The position numbers and the translations under genes are program-made. From Candidatus Micrarchaeota archaeon (lineage in GTDB: Archaea > B1Sed10-29 > JAJRYS01), in contig CAZXTN010000001.1 in assembly GCA_964643685.1 (NCBI GenBank), positions 200,036 through 239,374 of the forward strand: a DNA stretch of 39,339 bases, given 5' to 3'. Position 1 is the stretch's first letter, and every line of letters starts with the position of its first letter. A model generated the notes under the pieces. The model saw only the letters and a program-made list of their open reading frames with translations. It made no database searches and had not been told where the DNA came from. Below are positions 24,878 to 35,321 of the stretch, in pieces.

Positions 24878-25549
24878 ATGATAGAGGCAAAAAATTTATG
24901 GAAGATATATGAAATTGGAAAAGTAAAAGTGGATGCAGTCAAGGGAATTTCATTTAAAATAAAAGAAGGGGAATTTGTTTTCATAACAGGTCCCTCTGGT
25001 TCAGGAAAAACAACTTTGCTTGACATGCTTGGAGCTCTTTCAAAACCAACAAAAGGAAAAGTATTTTTAGATGGAAGAGATATGACTAAGTTTAATGATT
25101 ATCAGCTTTCAATGTTCAGGAGAAAAAAAGTAGGGTTCATCTTTCAAACATTTAATCTAATGCCTTCCTTAACTTGCCTTGATAACGTCCTAATTCCATT
25201 AATGCCAGAAGGAGTAACAGAGAAAGACAAAAAAAGAGCAGTGAACCTCCTCACAGAAATGGGCTTGAAGCACAGGATAAACCACACTCCAAATGAGCTA
25301 TCAGGAGGAGAAAGGCAGAGAGTAGCAATAGCAAGGTCTCTCATTAACAATCCTAAAATCATTTTTGCAGATGAGCCAACAGGAAACCTTGACACGAAAA
25401 CAGGAGATGAAGTTTTCAAGTACTTGAGAAAAATAAACAAGGAGCAAGGTAAAACAATTCTAATAGTAACTCATGACATCGAGTACATTCGAAAAAAAGA
25501 CAAGGTTTATCAAATAAAAGATGGAGTAATTCACAACATAAAAAATTAA
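24878..25549 (+). CDS. ABC transporter ATP-binding protein, LolD/MacB-like
   Basis: GPSGSGKT, LSGGERQRVAIAR, ADEPTGNLD and VTHD. Confidence 0.96.
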   Translation: MIEAKNLWKIYEIGKVKVDAVKGISFKIKEGEFVFITGPSGSGKTTLLDMLGALSKPTKGKVFLDGRDMTKFNDYQLSMFRRKKVGFIFQTFNLMPSLTCLDNVLIPLMPEGVTEKDKKRAVNLLTEMGLKHRINHTPNELSGGERQRVAIARSLINNPKIIFADEPTGNLDTKTGDEVFKYLRKINKEQGKTILIVTHDIEYIRKKDKVYQIKDGVIHNIKN

Positions 25550-26340
25550 GTTATTTCAATTCCTTTCTTCGAAAAATCAAGGCGCATTTCTTTTCTGTTT
25601 ACTTTAACTCCTTCTATATACTTCACAACTATTTTTCCTTCTTCTACAACTATTACTCCGTCAGTCAAGTACCTTAAAGTAGCTTCCATTTCCTCTGAAT
25701 AAGTTCCGCTTTCAACGCTTATTAACAAGAAGGCATTCATGTCCTTAATCAAAGCCACTAGCATTTGAACAAATTTTTCAACAGTCCTCTTGTCATGATA
25801 CAGGAATAAACTTGAAAGAGAGTCAAGCACTATGCATTCAGTTTCATCTTTTTTTAAAATTTCATTAAATGTTTCAATCAACCTTGTTGGATTCAAAGCG
25901 CTGGCAGAAGGAAACTTGCTTTTTTTACCAATCATCCAGGAGTAAGAATCTATAAAATCAACGCCAGACAAGTCATAGCCTATTTTTTTTCCTATCTTTA
26001 TTATATTTTCAGGAAAATCATTTGTGCAAACATACACGCTTTTCTTGCCTTTTTTCACAGCATTTCCAGCAAGCCCAATTAAAAAAGGCACTTTGTATTC
26101 ACTTGGGGGGCCTTCAACGACTATTGCAGATGGGCTGGGAAACCCTCCTCCAGTAGCTTCATCAAGAACCTTGAACCCAGTTGAAATAAAAAAACTTGAT
26201 TTGCTTGTTTCTTTTTCAATGCTTTTCGCAATAGCTTGCTTTATTTCCTCTTCTGCTTCTTTTATATCAACTGGTTTTTTCACAGCCTTGCTTTTCCCTG
26301 CTTTTTTCCTCGCTTGCTTTTTCTTATTTTTCACAACCAT
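25546..26340 (-). CDS. KaiC/RAD55-like RecA-fold protein with degenerate Walker A and Lys-rich N-terminus
   Basis: ISTGFKVLDEATGGGFP, Walker A position GPPSEYKV, FIDSYS, IVLDSLS and LRYLTDGVI. Confidence 0.85.
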   Translation of the reverse strand: MVVKNKKKQARKKAGKSKAVKKPVDIKEAEEEIKQAIAKSIEKETSKSSFFISTGFKVLDEATGGGFPSPSAIVVEGPPSEYKVPFLIGLAGNAVKKGKKSVYVCTNDFPENIIKIGKKIGYDLSGVDFIDSYSWMIGKKSKFPSASALNPTRLIETFNEILKKDETECIVLDSLSSLFLYHDKRTVEKFVQMLVALIKDMNAFLLISVESGTYSEEMEATLRYLTDGVIVVEEGKIVVKYIEGVKVNRKEMRLDFSKKGIEIT

Positions 26341-26377
26341 ACTAACAAATAAATATTAAACACGTTTTCTTTTAAAT

Positions 26378-27451
26378 ATGCTACGTGGCCAGTCTTCAAC
26401 AGAATACTTGTTAGTGTTAAGCATAGTGCTTGTTCTTCTTGTTCCTTTTATTTACTACGGGTACATCTCTTCACAGGAGTCAGTGAGGCTGCTTCAAGCA
26501 AGAAGAGCTGTTGAGTCATTGGCAAATGCAGCTGATTATGTTTACACTCAAGGATACGGCTCAAGAGTTACTGTGAATGTCATACTTCCAGGTGGAATAG
26601 ATTTCAATAATTCATACATAGGAAAGCCTTCGTCAGCAGGAACAGAAGTGCCTTCAGAAGAAATCAATTTACGCCTCTATACTCAATCAGGGTTCACTGA
26701 TGTTTTCAAAAGCACAGGAGAAGAGGTAAGAGGAAGGTGGCTTAATAGGTCCGGCCCTTATTTTTTCACTGTATACATGGCTGAAGATGGCTATGTCTTA
26801 ATAGTTCCATATGAACTTGAATTTTTAATAAACCAAACTTATTTTACTTACAACATTAAAACAGGACATGTTCAAAACTTTGCTTTTAACATAACAAGCT
26901 TAGTTGGATACACTAATCAAATCAATTTCACAAAAACAGGAGACATCTCCTCTTGGATAAACCTTTCAGCTGACTCAATAAACTTGTCTTCATTATCTTC
27001 ACAGGAGATAACAGGAACAATAACAGTTCCAACAGGAGCAACACTAGGCCTGCATACAGGTAAAATCACAGCAGACTCAGGCAATTCCTCGCAAGACATT
27101 TACATAGAAGTCACTGTCTACTCAGGAAACCAAGGATGCAACTCCACTCATTCAATAATAACCTTCTACCACAATTCATCATATTCAACCTATGACGAGG
27201 CATTTGAAAAAGAAGATACTGTGACAATAAGCACGACAGGATGGAACCCAAATTCAGATGTGACAATTGACTTGCAGAATTCAACAGGAAACTCCTTAAC
27301 AGGATACCCAACAACAGCAACAACAGATTCAAGTGGAGAATACTTGTTTACATGGAGCCCGGTTCAACAAACACCCGACAATTACACAGTTTATTTCAAT
27401 GACTCCACAACAAGAATAAACCAATCATTTGAGGTAATTGCATGCAGTTAA
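26378..27451 (+). CDS. Class III signal peptide protein (minor pilin with Ig-like domains)
   Basis: RG|QSSTEYLLVL (Q at +1, E at +5), LANAADYVYTQGYGS, and C-terminal beta domains. Confidence 0.85.
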   Translation: MLRGQSSTEYLLVLSIVLVLLVPFIYYGYISSQESVRLLQARRAVESLANAADYVYTQGYGSRVTVNVILPGGIDFNNSYIGKPSSAGTEVPSEEINLRLYTQSGFTDVFKSTGEEVRGRWLNRSGPYFFTVYMAEDGYVLIVPYELEFLINQTYFTYNIKTGHVQNFAFNITSLVGYTNQINFTKTGDISSWINLSADSINLSSLSSQEITGTITVPTGATLGLHTGKITADSGNSSQDIYIEVTVYSGNQGCNSTHSIITFYHNSSYSTYDEAFEKEDTVTISTTGWNPNSDVTIDLQNSTGNSLTGYPTTATTDSSGEYLFTWSPVQQTPDNYTVYFNDSTTRINQSFEVIACS

Positions 27452-29481
27452 AAAAAGCATTGATTTTCACAGCAATTTTAATTGTATTGGTTTCAACAGC
27501 GAAAGCAGTTACAGCAACCAACACTCCCTCAACTGCTTACAAAGACGACGGCACAAATGTCCTAATAGAAGTAAGCACAAGCGATGACAACAGAGCTTCT
27601 TTAGCTGTAAGTGGTTTAAGCACACCTCATTACATTGAATCAAACTGGACCAGCTTTTCAATACCCTCACAAGCAACAATAACCTCAGCAATATACTCCT
27701 ATGAACACTATGAATCCTCTACTACAAGAGAGGATGTTACAATAGAAATATGGGATGGTTCAGCATGGGTTCAAGTATGCGATACAACTGAAACAACCTC
27801 TGAAACAACAGACACCTGCGACTTATCCTCTTATATTACAACCCCTTCAGAAGCATCAAACATAGCAATAAGATACAAAGATTCAAAAATTGGAGGAGGG
27901 AATTTCATTTTATCCTATTACACTTATCTTGATTATGAAAAAATAGACATAACTTATGTTATAAACACGCCCCCTACTCAAGATAACCCTGTTCTTAACT
28001 CTACATATGGTACGAACAAGTCAAATGAAAACATAACTTGTTACAATCAAAGCACTTATGATGCAGACGGCGATGACGTGAAAAACATCTACAACTTCTA
28101 CAAAAACGGCTCTTCAATAACTCTCCTTAACATGCCATTTGAAGGAAGCTCAACAAAACTACTTGATTACTCCTCCTACGGAAACAACGCGACAGAAGAG
28201 CAGTCAGCGACATGGCAAAGCACAGGAGGATATGATGGAAAAGGAGCTTATGAATTTTCAACAAGTTATGCTGCAAGTTACATCAAAGTACCTAACTCAA
28301 CTTCCTTAGTGATAAGAAACACAGGGTATACTTTAATGGCTTGGATTTACCCCACAAGCTTTGGTGAAACTAATTACGGAAGAATAATTACAAAAGGAGA
28401 TGATGGAACTTCACAGGGGTTAATATTCTATTTGAACAACTACACAGGGCAACAATCAATGAGGGTATACCACACTCAAGGGGCATCTTATTCCTTTGCA
28501 GATGCAACTAATAACGCAATAACTTTAAACCAATGGCAGCTTGTAGCAGTTACTTTCAAGAACAATACAATCCACTTTTATGTGAATGGAAACGACGTCA
28601 CTTTAAATTCAACAATAGGGAACATGACAGAAGACACCACAAACCCTCTTTATATTGGAGATGAAGCAGACGGTTCAAGAACCTTTGATGGAAAAATAGA
28701 TGAAGTATTGATTTTCAACGATTCTTTAACACAAGAACAAATAAAAGCAATATACAACGGAGAAGTTAACAAAATTGTTTCCCAGGAAATTTCAGCAGGT
28801 GATGAATGGTACTGTTGTATAACCCCAAACGACAATATTGAAAACGGAGAAACCAAATGCAGCAACACTCTTTCAATAAATCAAGAACCAACTGCAACAA
28901 TAACAAAAACAACATACTACAATTGCAATCCAATCATGTACTATGAAGTGAAATTTTATGACAACTCAGAAAACCTTGTGCCTGAAGAATCAACTTTCAC
29001 AATACACGACCCAACAGGCACTCAGAAAAATTCAACAACTTCTTCAACTTCAACAGGAATTTACAGGGGCAGTTTCTATTTATTCGGCTCTTATCAATTG
29101 GGGCAATGGATTTTAAAATCAACAACAGATTGCTACAGAGACCAAGCAAACTTTACAGTGACCCAGCACTTGAATTCAGAAGTAATGAAAATAAACATTT
29201 TCACAACACCTGACAAAATCATTTACTCGCAAGGAGAGACAATAACAACAGAGTTTCAAGTTATTGATGCAAACGGAGAAGGGCTTCCTGGGTTATCTTC
29301 AAATATAATAGCTAATGTAAGTGGAACAAGCTTAACTCTAACAGATGAAGGAGACGGGAGGTACTCTTCAACAATCGACACTTCAACACTATCTCCAAAC
29401 AATTTTTATGTCATACAAGTCTCGGCAAAGAATTCAACTGCAACAATAGTCAACTCAAAATCCTTTTACTTAAAAGCATGA
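27442..29481 (+). CDS. Secreted LamG/concanavalin-like domain adhesin
   Basis: Signal peptide. LamG pattern DYSSYGNN, TLMAWIYP, NQWQLVAVT, FYVNG and FDGKIDEVLIFN; many sequons. Confidence 0.88.
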   Translation: MQLKKALIFTAILIVLVSTAKAVTATNTPSTAYKDDGTNVLIEVSTSDDNRASLAVSGLSTPHYIESNWTSFSIPSQATITSAIYSYEHYESSTTREDVTIEIWDGSAWVQVCDTTETTSETTDTCDLSSYITTPSEASNIAIRYKDSKIGGGNFILSYYTYLDYEKIDITYVINTPPTQDNPVLNSTYGTNKSNENITCYNQSTYDADGDDVKNIYNFYKNGSSITLLNMPFEGSSTKLLDYSSYGNNATEEQSATWQSTGGYDGKGAYEFSTSYAASYIKVPNSTSLVIRNTGYTLMAWIYPTSFGETNYGRIITKGDDGTSQGLIFYLNNYTGQQSMRVYHTQGASYSFADATNNAITLNQWQLVAVTFKNNTIHFYVNGNDVTLNSTIGNMTEDTTNPLYIGDEADGSRTFDGKIDEVLIFNDSLTQEQIKAIYNGEVNKIVSQEISAGDEWYCCITPNDNIENGETKCSNTLSINQEPTATITKTTYYNCNPIMYYEVKFYDNSENLVPEESTFTIHDPTGTQKNSTTSSTSTGIYRGSFYLFGSYQLGQWILKSTTDCYRDQANFTVTQHLNSEVMKINIFTTPDKIIYSQGETITTEFQVIDANGEGLPGLSSNIIANVSGTSLTLTDEGDGRYSSTIDTSTLSPNNFYVIQVSAKNSTATIVNSKSFYLKA

Positions 29482-29496
29482 AAAGAGAGTGAATGA

Positions 29497-29940
29497 ATGA
29501 ACTTCAAAACTTCAAAAAAAACAAGAGCACAAGCATCTTTTGAATTCATGCAAACATTTACTCTCCTATTCGCAGTTGTCGTCATCTTTTCAGCTATTTT
29601 TTTAAATTACTACATTGACTTGCAAAACAAGAGCATTCAATTCCAACTAACTAACTTCGCTGAATCAATAGCAGGCAAAATCAACTCAGCTTACCTGGCA
29701 GGCGACGGATACTCTGTAAACTTCTACCTCCCTCAGAAACTTTACTCAGAAAACTATTTCATAAACCTCTCAGCTTCAAACAAGTACCTGGAAGTTCATT
29801 TAAACGACTCTGATTATGAAAACTACGGCTCAGCCTCCTTGCTAACTTCAAATATTCAATTAATCCAATGGAATGAAAACCAAACAATAGAAAACATTAA
29901 TGGAAAAATAGTGATAAAACCAACAAATTTGACAAATTAA
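29497..29940 (+). CDS. Minor pilin (class III signal peptide)
   Basis: RA|QASFEFM plus a hydrophobic helix; INSAYLAGDGY. Confidence 0.85.
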   Translation: MNFKTSKKTRAQASFEFMQTFTLLFAVVVIFSAIFLNYYIDLQNKSIQFQLTNFAESIAGKINSAYLAGDGYSVNFYLPQKLYSENYFINLSASNKYLEVHLNDSDYENYGSASLLTSNIQLIQWNENQTIENINGKIVIKPTNLTN

Positions 29941-29950
29941 AGGTCTTAAT

Positions 29951-30421
29951 ATGCATATAAACAGGAATAAAAAAAGGAAAGGACAATTGTTTTCAGCTGA
30001 CGCCATAATGGCAATTTCCTTATTCATACTTATTTTGTCAGCTGTAATGCTTGCGAACTCCTCTGTTTCAAACAAGATAAACAAGTCAGTTATTTACAGG
30101 GTAATGGAGCAAAAAGCAGAATTCATAGAAGACTACCTTATGAAAAATTTTTCAAAAACAGGGGCTTTTGATGAAGAAAAAGTAACAAGCTTTTTTTCAA
30201 AAAACTATTCAGAAGTAAATGACGACTTTGACATAGGTTTTAATTATTCAATTGAAATTACTTACGCAAACTCGAACCAAGTTTTTTCACTAAACGGCCT
30301 TGCCCTTTCCATAAAACGGTTTCAGGAAACAAGACCAAATTTTTTAATAACAGCTGAAAGAACAGGATTTTTAAAAGGAGAAGATGTCAAGCTAGTTACA
30401 AAGGTGTATTATTATGAATGA
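29951..30421 (+). CDS. Pilin-like protein (class III signal peptide)
   Basis: KKRKG|QLFSADAIMAISLFILIL. Confidence 0.8.
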   Translation: MHINRNKKRKGQLFSADAIMAISLFILILSAVMLANSSVSNKINKSVIYRVMEQKAEFIEDYLMKNFSKTGAFDEEKVTSFFSKNYSEVNDDFDIGFNYSIEITYANSNQVFSLNGLALSIKRFQETRPNFLITAERTGFLKGEDVKLVTKVYYYE

Positions 30422-30872
30422 AAATTTTACAAGAAAAGGATTTATTTTTTCCTATGACGCAGTTGTTTCATTAATGTTTGTTGTCTTCTTCCTTTCATTT
30501 CTCACTTACTACGTCAACTCTTTTTCATACAGTTCAATGAAAGATTATGAAACAATAAGAAGCATGGATTCAGTTTTGAATACAATGATTGCAGATGGAT
30601 CAATGTCATCTGCTTTACATCAGGAAATTCAAGGGAACACAGCTGAAGCACAGCAATTACTTAAGCAGAAAATAAGCACGCTTCTAGGCAAAAAATTCAA
30701 AGCAAAAATAACTATTTACGCCTACGATTCTTCAGGAAACGTTGTTTACAAAATAGAATCAGCTTACCCTTCCTACGCACGTGCTTCTAAAAATAGAAAA
30801 GCTTACTCAGTTAACAGCTTTTTTTCAGCAGAGGGATATTATGGAATTGCAAGTCTTCAAACATGGAGCTAA
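30414..30872 (+). CDS. Pilin-like protein (class III signal peptide)
   Basis: RKG|FIFSYDAVVSLMFVVFFL. Confidence 0.8.
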   Translation: MNENFTRKGFIFSYDAVVSLMFVVFFLSFLTYYVNSFSYSSMKDYETIRSMDSVLNTMIADGSMSSALHQEIQGNTAEAQQLLKQKISTLLGKKFKAKITIYAYDSSGNVVYKIESAYPSYARASKNRKAYSVNSFFSAEGYYGIASLQTWS

Positions 30873-31902
30873 AGGGTTCATCTTCACGCTTTTAACTTCA
30901 GTGATTTTGCTAGTTTTACTTAGCTTGCTTTTTGTATACTCTCAAGCCCACTCTTCCTCCTCACTCAACTACCTACCTGCTCAGCAAATTTCATCGCTAG
31001 CAAATCAAATTTCAACAGCACAAATGACAAAAAATCAACTCAATTACACTACAAATTCAACAAATTACTTTGTTTCAGAATACTTCTTCCAAGGAAAAAA
31101 AACACAACTTGATTCAAACAAAATTTATCTATCAGAAATTCTGAACAAGCTCTCTGAAAAAACAAATACAATAATGAACTTGTCATCCATTGACTACTCT
31201 GACTTCCACTTGTTTTCAGAAAACTTTAACTATTTCTGGAATTACTCTTCAGACAACCTGGCAATCAACGGCTCTTACTCTTCACTTCTGTTCTTTTTCA
31301 GCGATTCCCCTTCGCTTGTTTCAGATAATTGCACTTCAACAGGTGGCACAGTGAACATTATCATTAATGACATCTTCAACAAAACGCCACAAGGAAACTG
31401 CTTCATAAAACTTAATTTTACAGGAGAAGAACTTCTCATTAATTACTCAGAACCTGAAATGAACTTCTCTTTTTCAAACATTACAAGCGCTTACTTTAAT
31501 GTTTCAGCAACTGTCTCTGCAACAAGCCCTCTTCAAATAGGAGAACAGCCAAAATTATTTACAACTTACTCTGTTTCAAACCCAGGATGGACTGAACCAT
31601 CTTACCCTTCAAATACTGCGCAGGAAAAGCATTACTTCACAGTCTCTCTTTACTCAAATGACTATAACGTAATTTTAATCGACTCAAATTCAACAGGGAC
31701 ATACGATTATGCATACATAGATGAAGACACTGACTTCACAGATGGAAACTCAATTGAATTAGCAGGAAACAATTCCAAACTCTTTTTAAACAGCAATGTG
31801 TTCTTATTAAACATAAAACCAACAGGCACTCAACTAAAATTTACAAAACTAAACGCAATCCACATTGAAAAGAAGCAATATAAATTAAACAAGGCGCTGT
31901 AA
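30841..31902 (+). CDS. Pilin-like protein with large extracellular domain; ORF extends to 30781
   Basis: In-frame ATG at 30841; AKG|FIFTLLTSVILLVLL; S/N/T-rich body. Confidence 0.7.
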   Translation: MELQVFKHGAKGFIFTLLTSVILLVLLSLLFVYSQAHSSSSLNYLPAQQISSLANQISTAQMTKNQLNYTTNSTNYFVSEYFFQGKKTQLDSNKIYLSEILNKLSEKTNTIMNLSSIDYSDFHLFSENFNYFWNYSSDNLAINGSYSSLLFFFSDSPSLVSDNCTSTGGTVNIIINDIFNKTPQGNCFIKLNFTGEELLINYSEPEMNFSFSNITSAYFNVSATVSATSPLQIGEQPKLFTTYSVSNPGWTEPSYPSNTAQEKHYFTVSLYSNDYNVILIDSNSTGTYDYAYIDEDTDFTDGNSIELAGNNSKLFLNSNVFLLNIKPTGTQLKFTKLNAIHIEKKQYKLNKAL

Positions 31903-31903
31903 A

Positions 31904-32893
31904 ATGAAAATAGTAAGCGATGCTGACAAAATTTACTACTACGTGCAAGAGCACAAAAAAGCCACTTTCAAAGAACTATCTGAAAAACTAGAGTTAGGCG
32001 ACGAAGATAAAATAGAGCAGCTTGCAGTTATCCTAGACAAAGCAAAACTGCTCAAATTAGTATATCCAACAAACCCCTTCTTAGAACCTTACTTGACACT
32101 GCCAACAAGCTTACACCCCCCAAGCAAAGTTAAAAACACAACTATCCAAACTAAACAGAAAATTAAGAAGAAAAAAATAATCTTCCCAAACCCCTTTTCA
32201 ACAAACAAAGAATTGCAAAAAGAAAAAAAGTACTTGAACCATCTTCAAGAAGAAGCAGCGCAAGGAATCTTAAAACTTAAAAAATTAGATGAAAAAAACC
32301 AGGAGCTTTCAACAGAACTAAAACAACAAGAACAAAAAACTACGCAACTTAAGTCTCAACTTGAAGAAATCAACAAGCAAGAGAATCAACAGAAAAAACA
32401 AGTTTCAAAAGCAGAGCAACTTCTTGCAAAAGAAGACAAAAAAAGCAAGGAGAACAAAGATAAAATCAAAAAATTTGAAAAAATGCTCAAGTCAAACCTG
32501 TCACCAGCCAAGAAAAAACAAGTTAAAAAATGGCTGTCTTCAAGAAAAAAACAACAGAAGAAAATTGACTCTCATCTGAAAAAACTTTCAACTGAAAAAA
32601 CCAAGCAAGAAAAAAAGCTTCATCTTATCCTGAAAAAAAAGAAGCAAATTGAACAGAAACTAAAAGAATTAAACCAAGAATTAGCTTCATTAACTCTGCA
32701 GGCAAAAAAGACAAAAAAAGAACTTGATTCAATCAATCTTAAACTGCATGCCATTAACAAAGAAATGGACATTGTTCTTGAAAAAAAACAAGAATTAAGC
32801 AAGAAACTCAAAGATGAAATTTTAAAAGTTCTTTCAACTTCCTTCCTTCTCTTGCTTGCTTTTATCCTTGCTTTTTACCTTCTTACAACTTAA
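31904..32893 (+). CDS. wHTH-like N-domain, long coiled coil and C-terminal TM protein
   Basis: DKIYYYVQEHKKATFKELSEKL...IEQLAVILDKAKLLKLVYP; K/Q/E heptads; TM helix FLLLLAFILAFYLL. Confidence 0.7.
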   Translation: MKIVSDADKIYYYVQEHKKATFKELSEKLELGDEDKIEQLAVILDKAKLLKLVYPTNPFLEPYLTLPTSLHPPSKVKNTTIQTKQKIKKKKIIFPNPFSTNKELQKEKKYLNHLQEEAAQGILKLKKLDEKNQELSTELKQQEQKTTQLKSQLEEINKQENQQKKQVSKAEQLLAKEDKKSKENKDKIKKFEKMLKSNLSPAKKKQVKKWLSSRKKQQKKIDSHLKKLSTEKTKQEKKLHLILKKKKQIEQKLKELNQELASLTLQAKKTKKELDSINLKLHAINKEMDIVLEKKQELSKKLKDEILKVLSTSFLLLLAFILAFYLLTT

Positions 32894-32916
32894 TCAATTC
32901 ACAGGAGTAATGTTTT

Positions 32917-34410
32917 ATGAGAATATTAGAAGAATACGAAGTTAATGCAAACGGCTTGAAGGCAGTCATTTCAATTTTAGAAGACAAAGACTTCGTGCCT
33001 AATTACAGAATCAAAATCCCTTCAATTGGACCTGGAACTGAAAAACTTCTAGAACAAGTTAAAGTTGAACTTATCAAGTCAACAAAACTTCAGGCAAAAG
33101 ACATTCTTGACCCACGCATAGCTGAAAGCATAAAAAAAGAATTTACAAAAAAAGCATCTTCTCTCATCAACTCTTACTTCCCAAAATTCACTTCACTGCA
33201 AAAACAAACCCTAGTTGGCATCATTGTCAACGACATGGTTGGGCTTGGAAAAATTGAAATACCCTTAAGTGATGAAGCACTTGAAGAAATAGTAATCAAC
33301 GGCTCTAAAGAACCATTATGGGTTTATCACAAGAGATACGGCTGGGTTAAAACAGACTTGTTCATTGAAAGCGAAGAAAAAGTACTAGACTACGCTAACT
33401 TGATTGGAAGAAGAGTAGGAAGACAAATTAACATACTAGATCCTTTAATGGACGCTCACTTGACAACAGGAGACAGGGTCAATGCAACCTTGTTTCCAAT
33501 TTCAACACAAGGAAACACAATCACTATAAGAAAGTTTGCAAGAAAACCATGGACAATCACTGACTTTATCAAGCTTGGAACCTTGAACGAAGAAGTAGCT
33601 TCCTTAATTTGGATGGCTATTCAATACGAACTTAACGTGCTTGTTGCAGGTGGAACAGGCTCAGGTAAAACATCAACCCTTAACAGCATACTTCCTTTTA
33701 TCCAACCGAACCAGAGGATAATTTCAATTGAAGACACGAGGGAACTTTCACTTCCAAAATACCAGCACTGGGTTCCATTGACAACAAGAGAACCTAATCC
33801 AGAAGGAAAAGGAGAAGTTTCAATGCTTGACTTAATGGTCAACTCACTTAGAATGCGTCCAGACAGGATAGTAGTAGGGGAAATCAGGAGACAAAGAGAA
33901 GCAGAAGTCTTGTTTGAAGCAATGCACACAGGGCACTCAGTTTACTCAACACTACACGCTGACAGAGCAGAGCAAGTCAGAAGAAGACTGACAACACCCC
34001 CTATCAACGTGTCAGAATCACTGCTGGAATCACTTCACCTCGTGCTTGTCCAATACAGGCACAGAAGGCTTGGAATAAGAAGAACGCTTGAAGTAGCGGA
34101 AGTCGTGCCTGTTGGTGAAAAATCAGGAAAATCAAGTGTAGACATGAGGGTTCTTTACAAATGGAAGCCAAGAGAAGACAAAATCGTTAAAGAAAAAGAC
34201 CCAATAAGGTTCAATGCAGAGCTTGAATCATTAACAGGCTTGACTTCAAGAGAAGTGAAAGAAGACCTTGAAGAAAAACAAAAAATACTCAGGTGGATGA
34301 CTGAAAAAAACATGAACGATGTTCACTTAATAGGTAAACTTATTGCTACTTACTACAAAAACAAGGAAGACATACTTTCAATGGCTAAAAAAGGAGAAGA
34401 TTATGCATAA
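32917..34410 (+). CDS. Type IV pilus/secretion assembly ATPase (CpaF/TadA/VirB11 family)
   Basis: LEEIVING, TIRKF, Walker A GGTGSGKT, SIEDTREL, LRMRPDRIVVGEIR and His box AMHTGH...TLHA. Confidence 0.96.
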   Translation: MRILEEYEVNANGLKAVISILEDKDFVPNYRIKIPSIGPGTEKLLEQVKVELIKSTKLQAKDILDPRIAESIKKEFTKKASSLINSYFPKFTSLQKQTLVGIIVNDMVGLGKIEIPLSDEALEEIVINGSKEPLWVYHKRYGWVKTDLFIESEEKVLDYANLIGRRVGRQINILDPLMDAHLTTGDRVNATLFPISTQGNTITIRKFARKPWTITDFIKLGTLNEEVASLIWMAIQYELNVLVAGGTGSGKTSTLNSILPFIQPNQRIISIEDTRELSLPKYQHWVPLTTREPNPEGKGEVSMLDLMVNSLRMRPDRIVVGEIRRQREAEVLFEAMHTGHSVYSTLHADRAEQVRRRLTTPPINVSESLLESLHLVLVQYRHRRLGIRRTLEVAEVVPVGEKSGKSSVDMRVLYKWKPREDKIVKEKDPIRFNAELESLTGLTSREVKEDLEEKQKILRWMTEKNMNDVHLIGKLIATYYKNKEDILSMAKKGEDYA

Positions 34411-35305
34411 AAAACAATTCAATCCTCCGTTCATTCCAATGAACCTAAGAAACGCAAAAAGATTCAGCAAATTCTTAACGCCAATTGGAAGAAACTTGTC
34501 AAGAATAAAACCTTCCTTGGACTCTGAACTTGTTCAACTTGAAATAAACGCGACGCCAACACAATACATGTCAATGGCAGCACTCGCTTTCCTCTTAACT
34601 TTCATTGAAATGTTTCTATTTCTAATGATTGTGCTTGTCTTAATCTTTGAATCAAAAGCAACTGATTTCCTTCTTCTTGTATTTATTTCTTCAACAATAA
34701 TGGCTTTCTTCATATTCATGCAATTCTCTTTTTATCCACAGAACCTTCTTCAATTGAAAGCAAAAAAACTAAACCGCGACTTATTATTTGCTTTAAGGCA
34801 CTTGCTTGTTCAAGTGCGTTCAGGAGTGCCTTTATACAATGCAATGGTTTCCCTGAGCCAAGCTGACTACGGCATTGTTTCAGAAGAATTTAAACAAACA
34901 GCAAAAGAAATAAGCAGAGGAGTTTCCCAAACAGAAGCACTCAGCAACATGGTAATGAGAACACCCTCAGTTTACTTAAGGAGGGTCGTGTGGCAGATAT
35001 CAAACGCGTTAAGAGCAGGCTCTGACTTGTCACAAGTTATAGAATCACTTGTAAAACAATTTTCAGAAGAAGAAAAAGTCAGGCTAAGGAGATTTGGAAA
35101 AGAATTATCTCCATGGGCTTTAATGTACTTGATGTTCACAGTGATTTTTCCAACAATGGGAATAGCAATGCTGTTAATCCTAACTTCACTTGCACCTATA
35201 ACAATTACGAATGAAATGTTTGCTTTATTCATAGTCTTCTTTTCATCATTTCAATTCTTCTTCATCAAATTCCTTAAAAACAAGAGGCCGTCAGTGAGGT
35301 TCTAA
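34403..35305 (+). CDS. Type II secretion F-domain (TadB/TadC-like) membrane platform protein
   Basis: LLFALRHLLVQVRSGVPL, YGIVSEEF and QISNALRAG. AGGAGA precedes the ATG at 34403. Confidence 0.9.
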   Translation: MHKKQFNPPFIPMNLRNAKRFSKFLTPIGRNLSRIKPSLDSELVQLEINATPTQYMSMAALAFLLTFIEMFLFLMIVLVLIFESKATDFLLLVFISSTIMAFFIFMQFSFYPQNLLQLKAKKLNRDLLFALRHLLVQVRSGVPLYNAMVSLSQADYGIVSEEFKQTAKEISRGVSQTEALSNMVMRTPSVYLRRVVWQISNALRAGSDLSQVIESLVKQFSEEEKVRLRRFGKELSPWALMYLMFTVIFPTMGIAMLLILTSLAPITITNEMFALFIVFFSSFQFFFIKFLKNKRPSVRF

Positions 35306-35321
35306 AAAAAGGTGATACAAC

